A stretch of DNA of 64,000 bases from a virus. The stretch is taken from positions 8,787-72,786 of IMG/VR virus record IMGVR_UViG_3300029486_000002; one strand, 5' to 3'. The notes under the pieces are model-generated. The model was given only the letters and a program-made list of their open reading frames with translations, ran no database searches and had not been told where the DNA came from. Numbering within the stretch: the first letter of the stretch is position 1; the number at the start of each line of letters is the position of its first letter. Below are positions 57,858-64,000 of the stretch, piece by piece. A program made the translations under genes and the position numbers.

Positions 57858-58002
57858 AATAAAGATAGACTTCCACGTCCCTTCCGTAGCAGGAATCTAC
57901 TGGAATGCGTCGCCCGATTTCCAAAGGCCGCCGTTGGGAGGATTAAGCCGATGTATCAGGACTGATAATCATGCTCCAGGAATTTTAATAGAATACAAAT
58001 AA
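57850..58002 (+). CDS. array member (50 aa, MNEIKIDF..., ends GILIEYK)
   Basis: Hand translation. Confidence 0.3.
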   Translation: MNEIKIDFHVPSVAGIYWNASPDFQRPPLGGLSRCIRTDNHAPGILIEYK

Positions 58003-58052
58003 CATCAACCCCTTATACAAAACAACAATATAATCATGGATAAAAAGAAAAT

Positions 58053-58571
58053 GTGACAAACGGAAACAGTGTTTGGGAAGACTTCAAACATTGGCACAAA
58101 GGATTCAGTCGCTCTAAGGCTGCAAAATATAGAGGAAAGGATCGAGAATTTCTTGAGATTTTACGAAAGGAGTTAAGTATTATAAACAATAAAATTATGA
58201 GGAAAAACGATCGATTGCCTAACGTGATATTCATGTCACCGAAGGCTTCTGAGTTGATAGAAAGTCTGACAACAGAAGATGAAGTTTTGTTTGAGACCGA
58301 AGCAAATGGTATAAGCGTCAAAAATGCGTCCTTGTCTGATTCCGACATGGACAAAACATCCGAATATCGCAACATTGTTCAACTGTGGCATCCTGCCAGA
58401 GAGAAACCACATTGCATAGGATCGCTTCTCTGTTGGCGACTCGGTGGTACATTCTTCGTGCATGAACATTACGATCATAACGAACAGAATTGGCGAATGT
58501 TTATCAGCGAATACGAAGTGCAGCGTTATTGTTATATTGGCAACTTGGAACCGATTTATCCTTTTGATTGA
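58053..58571 (+). CDS. array member (172 aa, GTG start, MTNGNS...)
   Basis: ORF track; ends ...IYPFD with TGA 5 nt before the next ATGACTAAC. Confidence 0.4.
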   Translation: MTNGNSVWEDFKHWHKGFSRSKAAKYRGKDREFLEILRKELSIINNKIMRKNDRLPNVIFMSPKASELIESLTTEDEVLFETEANGISVKNASLSDSDMDKTSEYRNIVQLWHPAREKPHCIGSLLCWRLGGTFFVHEHYDHNEQNWRMFISEYEVQRYCYIGNLEPIYPFD

Positions 58572-58576
58572 GGAAT

Positions 58577-58717
58577 ATGACTAACATCAAACCCTTAAAT
58601 GTCTGTATAGGAGGAATAGCAGTAACACTGAATACCCGATACGAGCAACTTTGCATTGAGCATCTGATGTCACTCGCCCACTTTCCGAGGACAGGCGTAA
58701 TGATTGAATACAAATAA
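58577..58717 (+). CDS. array member (46 aa, MTNIKPLNVCIGG..., ends GVMIEYK)
   Basis: Hand translation. Confidence 0.3.
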   Translation: MTNIKPLNVCIGGIAVTLNTRYEQLCIEHLMSLAHFPRTGVMIEYK

Positions 58718-58727
58718 CAGCAACAAT

Positions 58728-60047
58728 ATGATCACAAAACTCAATTTCACCGACCGCACCATCAAGAGCTATGCCATCCGCAAGCTCACACCCAAGGAGT
58801 GTTTTCGTCTGATGGGCGTTCGTGACAATGTAATCGGCACTATGCAGAGCAGTAATGCTCAAGCAGCCGAACGACTGCCCGACTGGAAGGGCAAGGGTAA
58901 ACCCGAAGACATGGCTATATCTGCCTCACAGCAGTACAAGCAAGCCGGAAACAGCATCGTGGTGGACGTGTTGGCTCACATCTACGAGCAACTTTTCTTC
59001 CCCGCACCACCCAAGCCACGCCCAGGCGAGCAACTCACTCTCTTCGACGACCCCGAAGACTCCCTGCCCTCCCTTCCTACCACCGCAACCGACAAGAACG
59101 AGGAGAAGATATTCCTCACCACGTTCTCCGGCTACGACTCGCAGCTTATGGCAGCTGATGTGCTACGGGAGTGGCATCCCGACTTCCGATGGAAGTGCGT
59201 AGGATGGAGCGACATCGACAAATACGCCTGTCAGATGCACAACCTCGTCTTTCCTCAGTTTGCCGACTGCGCCTTGGGCGACATCACCAAGATTGACTGG
59301 CACGAAGTAAAACGCTCACTCGAAGGTTGCGAAGTGGATCTCTTCACCTATTCCTCGCCCTGTCAGGACATCAGTCAGGCTGGCAAGCAGATGGGCTTGC
59401 AGGAGGGCAGCGACACCCGAAGCGCACTGCTTTGGCGAGTGGCGGATGCCGTGGAGGTGCTTCGCCCGAAGTATCTCTTGCAGGAGAACGTGGCGGCACT
59501 GGTAAGTCTGAAGTTCATGCCCGACTTCCAGAAGTGGCTCGACAAACTTTCGTCGCTCGGCTATGTGAGCCGTTGGGCGCGACTCAACGCAAAGAACTAT
59601 GGTGTGCCACAAAACCGCGATCGTGTGTTCTGTATTTCCATGCGCCGTGACGTAGCCTTCGACTATCAGTTCCCCGAACCCTTCGAGCTGAAAACTCGAC
59701 TGGAAGACGTGCTCGAAGAGGAAGTGGCCGACCGCTATTTCCTCAAGGACGATGCCGTGAGCAAGCTCCTCAAGGCAAACGACTCTGACAACGCCCTATT
59801 TCTTCAGTTTGATCTGCCACCAACACACGAGGCGGCAATGTTCTTGAAAACGTGGCTTACGTTGTGGATGCAAGCAACCGATGGTTGGAAAATGAAACCT
59901 ATAAGTCTTCATCTCGCCCTTTATTCGGCAAAGCAGAAAATGGAGCTGTCTTATTCCGTGTTCACGGATAAGGGAGTGGTTGCATTATGCGATGAGTTTC
60001 AACGGCTGTTCAAGGAGAATATGGAGAGAAAACATCATGCGAACTGA
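58728..60047 (+). CDS. DNA (cytosine-5)-methyltransferase with circularly permuted motif order (IX/X first, then I, IV, VI, VIII)
   Basis: N-terminal RKLTPKECFRLMGV and QAGNSIVVDVL (motif X); then TFSGYDS (I), SSPCQDIS (IV), ENVAALV (VI), GVPQNRDRVF (VIII); no motif X at the C-terminus. Confidence 0.8.
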   Translation: MITKLNFTDRTIKSYAIRKLTPKECFRLMGVRDNVIGTMQSSNAQAAERLPDWKGKGKPEDMAISASQQYKQAGNSIVVDVLAHIYEQLFFPAPPKPRPGEQLTLFDDPEDSLPSLPTTATDKNEEKIFLTTFSGYDSQLMAADVLREWHPDFRWKCVGWSDIDKYACQMHNLVFPQFADCALGDITKIDWHEVKRSLEGCEVDLFTYSSPCQDISQAGKQMGLQEGSDTRSALLWRVADAVEVLRPKYLLQENVAALVSLKFMPDFQKWLDKLSSLGYVSRWARLNAKNYGVPQNRDRVFCISMRRDVAFDYQFPEPFELKTRLEDVLEEEVADRYFLKDDAVSKLLKANDSDNALFLQFDLPPTHEAAMFLKTWLTLWMQATDGWKMKPISLHLALYSAKQKMELSYSVFTDKGVVALCDEFQRLFKENMERKHHAN

Positions 60048-60228
60048 TAATCCACCAGAGAGGGTAGTCCGCATTATTGCCGACCTAATCGGGGGTGGCA
60101 GACTGTTGACACATCAATCCTCAATGTTCAGTGCCGAGCGGTTCGGCGGCGTGTATCATAACATAGCCATCACAATTATGGCAAGGACAGATTGCAGTGA
60201 CGTTTTCTTTATAGCAGTAGAATTATGA
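60037..60228 (+). CDS. array member (63 aa, MRTDNPP..., ends ...FFIAVEL); start overlaps the MTase stop
   Basis: Internal ATG of track ORF 59980. Confidence 0.35.
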   Translation: MRTDNPPERVVRIIADLIGGGRLLTHQSSMFSAERFGGVYHNIAITIMARTDCSDVFFIAVEL

Positions 60229-60553
60229 ATCAATATCCAAACATCAATTCGGGGAGGCAAATCGGATGTATCTGCGAAGGTCGCTTGATTCCGTCAACAC
60301 CAGGATGGCACGATATATGCCCTTCGCATCTATTCGCCTCGTGGTTGTAGTCCTTGTATTCCGTCAAGGGCTGAAGACGCAACGATTTGCCCAAAAATAG
60401 TAATAGAACTATGAACAATCCTCATCCCATCGTCCTCGGCTCCTACAGTCCCTCGCAGAACGGCATCATTGTGTCACCACACGGCATAGCCCTGTGTATT
60501 GCTGGGGGGAGGTAAGGGGCACGACGTGGATAAACCGAAAATATTGATAGAGT

Positions 60554-60736
60554 ATGATTGACTTTTCCGTCCTCGTCCACTACCGCACCGAGGAAGCAAA
60601 AGCCTTCCGCCGTGAGCATGGCGACCGGGGAGGGTGTAAATACGGCGATAAGTATCACCGCCCCAGTCCGTGGCCGTGGTGCAATTCGATAACAACAGTA
60701 ACAAAAGACAACCTATTATGCGTAACATTTATCTGA
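60554..60736 (+). CDS. array member (60 aa, MIDFSVL...)
   Basis: ORF track; the ATG lies in the junction TATGATTGA. Confidence 0.35.
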   Translation: MIDFSVLVHYRTEEAKAFRREHGDRGGCKYGDKYHRPSPWPWCNSITTVTKDNLLCVTFI

Positions 60737-60894
60737 TACACGAAGCCCGAACCGAACACGCAAAGGCCGTGCGTCGCAGAACCGGCACTAACGATTTTCG
60801 CGATAAGGAATGGAATCTGCGGTCAGGACACCTGATGCAATGTATAGGTACGTTTCTCACTACAGACAATCTGATTGCAATATGCTACGAATAA
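60718..60894 (+). CDS. array member (58 aa, MRNIYLIHEAR..., ends IAICYE)
   Basis: Internal ATG of track ORF 60670. Confidence 0.35.
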   Translation: MRNIYLIHEARTEHAKAVRRRTGTNDFRDKEWNLRSGHLMQCIGTFLTTDNLIAICYE

Positions 60895-61034
60895 GAATAG
60901 CAGCCTTCCGAGGTCGCCCGTTGAATGGTTATGGTTACTCCAACATTCAGCGAATGGAGATAAACGTTGGAGGTACAACCAACACCCTCACCTCAGTAGG
61001 CAAAGACAATATGGTATTGATAACGTATGATTAA
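60882..61034 (+). CDS. array member (50 aa, MLRIRIAAF..., ends VLITYD)
   Basis: Internal ATG of track ORF 60810. Confidence 0.35.
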   Translation: MLRIRIAAFRGRPLNGYGYSNIQRMEINVGGTTNTLTSVGKDNMVLITYD

Positions 61035-61307
61035 CCAAATTCCTTTTGTGCAACGCACATCGCAGCTCTGTCCACGTCGGGGGGTACTCCACCGCACTGT
61101 CCGCACGCTACGACGGATGGGCAGGACTCTACGACGAGCACGGACAGCACACCATTGTATTGATAGAATATGATTAGATTGCAAATCTTAAATTCTCCCT
61201 CCACCAAGTATGCGCCACCATTCTTACGCATTACCACAAGGAGGGAGCAGGTAATATCATACAAGGTACAAGTTCGCTCGTCAAAGCACCAGCTGTATTG
61301 ATAGAAT

Positions 61308-61490
61308 ATGAATAACAGAAAAAGTAAAATCCGTATGGTATGGCGTGACGACGACTCTATCCGCTTTTACCAAGACACTCCCGACAAGCGAGGGGTGAGC
61401 GAGTTGATGATAAACAATATGTGGGGGGGTAGCCTATACGATAATATCGGGAAATGTGGCAAACGTCCTCATTCCACTATAAGAGTATGA
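61308..61490 (+). CDS. array member (60 aa, MNNRKSKIRMVW...)
   Basis: ORF track. Confidence 0.35.
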   Translation: MNNRKSKIRMVWRDDDSIRFYQDTPDKRGVSELMINNMWGGSLYDNIGKCGKRPHSTIRV

Positions 61491-61672
61491 ATATGACTGA
61501 CAAGTATTACATCGGATGGGTACGCAGCGGCAAGGACGGCAAGGGTCTCGTAAAGAGCCGACCGCGCAAACGGATAGCCAATACCGTGACAACATCGCCA
61601 CCAGGCTGCTTTGCCGACCCTCGCGACGGGCTGGGCAACACCACACCGCATATAGTATATGAGTATGAGTAA
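61487..61672 (+). CDS. array member (61 aa, MNMTDKYYIGW..., ends HIVYEYE)
   Basis: Internal ATG of track ORF 61454. Confidence 0.35.
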   Translation: MNMTDKYYIGWVRSGKDGKGLVKSRPRKRIANTVTTSPPGCFADPRDGLGNTTPHIVYEYE

Positions 61673-61692
61673 CCAATAAAAACCAATAGACA

Positions 61693-61860
61693 ATGAAAAC
61701 TGACACCACACGCACCCTCGTAGTTGGCATAATGCAGACACCACCCTACACTCATATGTTCGAGAGTGCACGTCGTGTATATTCTGCCAAAGGTTTAAGT
61801 CCGGCTTGTCTCACACACGGTGGGGGTAATCAAGAGATTAAGGTGTTGGTGGAGCTGTAA
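61693..61860 (+). CDS. array member (55 aa, MKTDTTRT..., ends ...IKVLVEL)
   Basis: Hand translation, 56 codons. Confidence 0.3.
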   Translation: MKTDTTRTLVVGIMQTPPYTHMFESARRVYSAKGLSPACLTHGGGNQEIKVLVEL

Positions 61861-62242
61861 AGCATGTCCACGCCCCCAAAACAATTCTTAGTAGATTTGC
61901 ACAAGCATACGAAGAACTAAAATAGATACTTCTATTTCACTCGTATAGATACTCCCATTTAGTTCGGGTATATGTAATGTTTAATTTAATACTTCATTTT
62001 TTATGGCAATGTCATTGGAATTGAGTAAGACGAATGCCTACAATCCTTCTACCAAGAAGCAGGGCTATCGCGCCACCGTCAAGTCCAACGGAAAAGCAGA
62101 CATGGACTCTTCTTAGGGTGGCGGTCAGAAGCCGCCTTCAGAGTTTGAAGCATAACATCGGTGAGTGTATTACCATTTCAATTCTTTCCAATTCTTACAA
62201 AATTGGAAAGAATGGAGTTTCCCGAGAAAAGGTTTTTTACAT

Positions 62243-62326
62243 CGGATTAAACGGATTGAATGGATTTTTCTTTTGTCATCAAATGAAACAAACTAAAATC
62301 CGTGAAATCCGTAAAATCTGATGACA
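62243..62326 (+). repeat. 90-bp composite repeat B (AACGGATTG/AATGGATTT, hairpin GTCATCAAATGAAAC, ATCCGTGAA/ATCCGTAAA/ATCTGATGA)
   Basis: Aligns with 54747-54840; track ORF 62034-62321 is probably spurious across it. Confidence 0.5.
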
Positions 62327-62495
62327 AAAAAGAAACTTATCCCGAAGGCCAAGGGATCGTACTCAGTGTGTCGCATGTCGCTACTCCGTAAAACGTAATT
62401 AACGGGCTCTGATGCAGACGAGCGAGACGAAGGAAAACGCTATAACCACTGCATATCTTATTTTAATTAACGGATTTATAGACAAAGAAACAATT

Positions 62496-63314
62496 ATGAG
62501 AAAATTATTTTCAATTCTTTTTGCGCTTGTCGCAGTAGTGATGTTATCCTCGTGCCGTTTTGTTTCGCCCGATGCCGACGAGGAAACCGTGTTGGTAAAG
62601 AAACCATGGATATTCGGACATGGTGGTGTTGACGACACTCCAGTTCAGAGTGGTCTGACATGGTGTGCACTGAGTACTCGTGCCGAGACATTCAAGATTG
62701 TTCCGGTACGTCACGAGGTGCTTCTTGACGACATCTTCTCCGACGACAACACTCCGCTCGACTTCCATTCTGTCATAGTCACGCAGGTGGAGCAGGGCCG
62801 TTCGCCCATACTGTTGCAGAACTATGGACGTGATTGGTTTAATACTAATCTATACAACTATTTCTGCAATCTTGTCAGAGACCATATCTCACAATATAGC
62901 CCATTCGATTTGATGTCTAACCGTCAGGTATTGAGCACTATCGACAAGAAGATTTTGAAGCAGATGCAGGATTACGTTGCAGCCCTCTCCAAGCACAAGC
63001 CGATGCCCGTTATCATCAAGGATGTTATTATCGGTAAGGCAACACCCAACAAGGAACAGCTTGCCGAAATGAACCGCACGGCTAAAATGGTACAGGCCAA
63101 GCAGACGCAGGAACGTGAATACGAGGTTCAGGTGGCTCGCGAGAAGGCTGAGCGTCAAAAGGCTGTGGCAGATAAGGCGTATATGAGCGAGATGAATCTT
63201 AACCCACAGCAGTTTATTCAGCTTAAATGGGTGGAGACGGTGGCTCAGAAGCAGGGCGCAAACATAGATGTGCTCGTAGGTCCAGCTGAGCACATGTGGA
63301 ACATCAAACGATAA
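62496..63314 (+). CDS. SPFH/band-7-like lipoprotein with a C-terminal coiled-coil
   Basis: MRKLFSILFALVAVVMLSSC lipobox; SPFH-like core ...TWCALSTRAETFKIVPVRHEVLLDDIFSDDNTPLDFHSVIVTQVEQG; E/K/Q coiled-coil; the start is taken from track ORF 62412 (internal Met). Confidence 0.5.
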   Translation: MRKLFSILFALVAVVMLSSCRFVSPDADEETVLVKKPWIFGHGGVDDTPVQSGLTWCALSTRAETFKIVPVRHEVLLDDIFSDDNTPLDFHSVIVTQVEQGRSPILLQNYGRDWFNTNLYNYFCNLVRDHISQYSPFDLMSNRQVLSTIDKKILKQMQDYVAALSKHKPMPVIIKDVIIGKATPNKEQLAEMNRTAKMVQAKQTQEREYEVQVAREKAERQKAVADKAYMSEMNLNPQQFIQLKWVETVAQKQGANIDVLVGPAEHMWNIKR

Positions 63315-63335
63315 ACAATTAAAACAACAACGATT

Positions 63336-63716
63336 ATGGTATCAATTATTTCAGCGTTAATAATCCTCTTGGTTATCTTCGTGCTTTCCTTAATCTCCTC
63401 TTGGCTCGACAAGTTCGGACGGAAGCACAAGGAGAAGTTAATAGAGAAAGCTATCGACAAGGTTTCCTCGCTTCTTAACTCCAAGATTGCATTGGTGATG
63501 GATCAGTACAAGACTGGTCCGTGGTATCTTATGGTATATACCAAAGAAGCCAACCACCCGATATTGATTTCCAACAACAATATCCGCAGTGTACACCCAG
63601 ACGCTCTGCATCGCAAGATTATCATCAAGCAGTTCAATGGCGAAGATATGGTGATTGAGAACGTGGAGAACTATGAGTTGTGCTCGGCAAACAATATGTG
63701 CGACTACGACATGTAG
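63336..63716 (+). CDS. small membrane protein, NfeD-like candidate partner of the SPFH protein
   Basis: N-terminal TM IISALIILLVIFVLSLISSWL; a beta-rich C-terminal half; downstream of the SPFH gene. Confidence 0.35.
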   Translation: MVSIISALIILLVIFVLSLISSWLDKFGRKHKEKLIEKAIDKVSSLLNSKIALVMDQYKTGPWYLMVYTKEANHPILISNNNIRSVHPDALHRKIIIKQFNGEDMVIENVENYELCSANNMCDYDM

Positions 63717-63778
63717 GCGGACACGACCAACATCATACTTTGACTGGATGTTTCATTCTTAATTTTAACTTAGGCATG

Positions 63779-63813
63779 GTCCTGTTGTCCGTGAGGAAAG
63801 CAGGGCTTTTTGT
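63779..63813 (+). terminator. hairpin with a TCCGTGAGGAAAG loop + T-run
   Basis: CCTG...CAGG stem and CTTTTTG; the loop is related to the GTCCGYGAGGATAG family. Confidence 0.45.
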
Positions 63814-63902
63814 TTATCTCCTCCTCTAACCATGTCTACTCCTTCTCCCCGTCTTTCCTTATCTTTGCGCTATAACATTTAACAATACACACATTCATCA
63901 CA

Positions 63903-64000
63903 ATGACAACAGTTAGCAATATCAGCGAGCTCCAACAGCGTAGTGAGGAGTTCCAGTCGCAAGGCTACGAGGCCGTTCTGCCTGGCGCGTTCTGTGCGCC
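63903..64000 (+). CDS. 5' end of a gene continuing beyond the window (MTTVSNISELQQRSEEFQSQGYEAVLPG...)
   Basis: Open frame from the ATG at 63903 to the window edge. Confidence 0.3.
   Translation, partial: MTTVSNISELQQRSEEFQSQGYEAVLPGAFCA

Larger units (their letters stand above)
56839..61860 (+). other. array of at least 15 short, translationally coupled ORFs (about 40-170 aa) joined by a conserved ~20-nt junction (consensus ATTGATAGAATATGAYTAAC: ...L-I-E-Y-D/K stop overlapping the next ATG); only interruption is the C5-MTase
   Basis: Junction copies read near 56957, 57087, 57722, 57837, 57980, 58565, 58698, 60219, 60541, 60878, 61015, 61158, 61297, 61477 and 61655; the encoded termini ...CIMIEYD, ...LIEEYE, ...GILIEYK, ...GVMIEYK, ...IAICYE, ...VLITYD and ...HIVYEYE are visible in track ORFs or by hand translation. 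Confidence 0.5.

Noticed and set aside
56900-61700. Regularly recurring ~20-nt repeat, which raised the question of a CRISPR array
   Set aside because: The spacing is irregular (115-635 nt), the repeats lie inside coding sequence at stop-start junctions, and the intervening segments are ORFs rather than spacers.
62034-62321. 95-aa ORF in the 61.9-62.4 kb gap
   Set aside because: It runs straight through the 90-bp composite repeat B and a perfect 12-bp hairpin (62188-62219). The sequence reads as regulatory DNA, not protein.
1-64000. crAss-like phage assignment (Bacteroides host, ligase, ThyX, large proteins)
   Set aside because: No giant RNAP-like proteins are present. A classical tape measure protein, an S49 protease-scaffold and a clamp/SSB/primase-helicase set argue for a different tailed-phage lineage.
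1-64000. Integrase, recombinase or transposase and a DNA polymerase
   Set aside because: I found no tyrosine or serine recombinase signatures, and no family A, B or C polymerase motifs in any frame. They may lie outside the window.

Overview
This 64 kb window reads as the genome, or a large part of it, of a tailed phage of a Bacteroidales host that also carries a plasmid-style maintenance module. Genes run left to right except a leftward packaging block (23985-29222) and one divergent HTH repressor (10827-11537). Promoter-like sites match the Bacteroidetes -7 element (TAnnTTTG), and at least six carry a shared TTTGCAAC core. From the sequence I can support the following: (i) a partition and replication cassette: a ParA ATPase, a small RHH ParG-like protein, four tandem 22-bp iterons, an AT-rich inverted repeat, three inverted iterons abutting the start of a 530-aa Rep-like protein, and a G-poor A/C-rich repeat tract upstream of parA; (ii) a replisome accessory set with no DNA polymerase: a 1222-aa primase-helicase, an SSB-like protein ending D-L-P-F, a DnaN beta-clamp, a DEDD 3'-5' exonuclease and a minimal NAD+ ligase; (iii) nucleotide metabolism (a guanylate-kinase-like protein, a ThyX-like protein, MazG); (iv) a packaging and DNA-modification block (large terminase, Zn-ribbon protein, small N6-adenine MTase, PAPS-reductase-like protein, a convergent HNH endonuclease, and a second, circularly permuted C5-MTase); (v) structural genes (a 2264-aa tape measure protein, an S49 protease-scaffold fusion, a major capsid protein with Ig-like tail) plus a tRNA-Met(CAT); (vi) a LysR regulator bracketed by its own promoter and terminator; and (vii) an SPFH/band-7 lipoprotein followed by an NfeD-like membrane protein. 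No integrase and no polymerase are visible. The most unusual structure is a roughly 5 kb array (56.8-61.9 kb) of at least 15 short, translationally coupled ORFs whose junctions reuse a near-identical ~20-nt sequence (consensus ATTGATAGAATATGAYTAAC; it encodes a C-terminal ...LIEYD/K stop that overlaps the next ATG), together with several repeat families (TTCAAAA/palindrome element x3; ACGGATT 90-bp element x2; a conserved hairpin loop GTCCGYGAGGATAG x4). The MTase and the PAPS-reductase gene are each split by frameshifts at C/G homopolymer runs. Coordinates I derived by hand (not taken from the ORF track) may be off by 1-2 nt; homopolymer lengths I quote are approximate.
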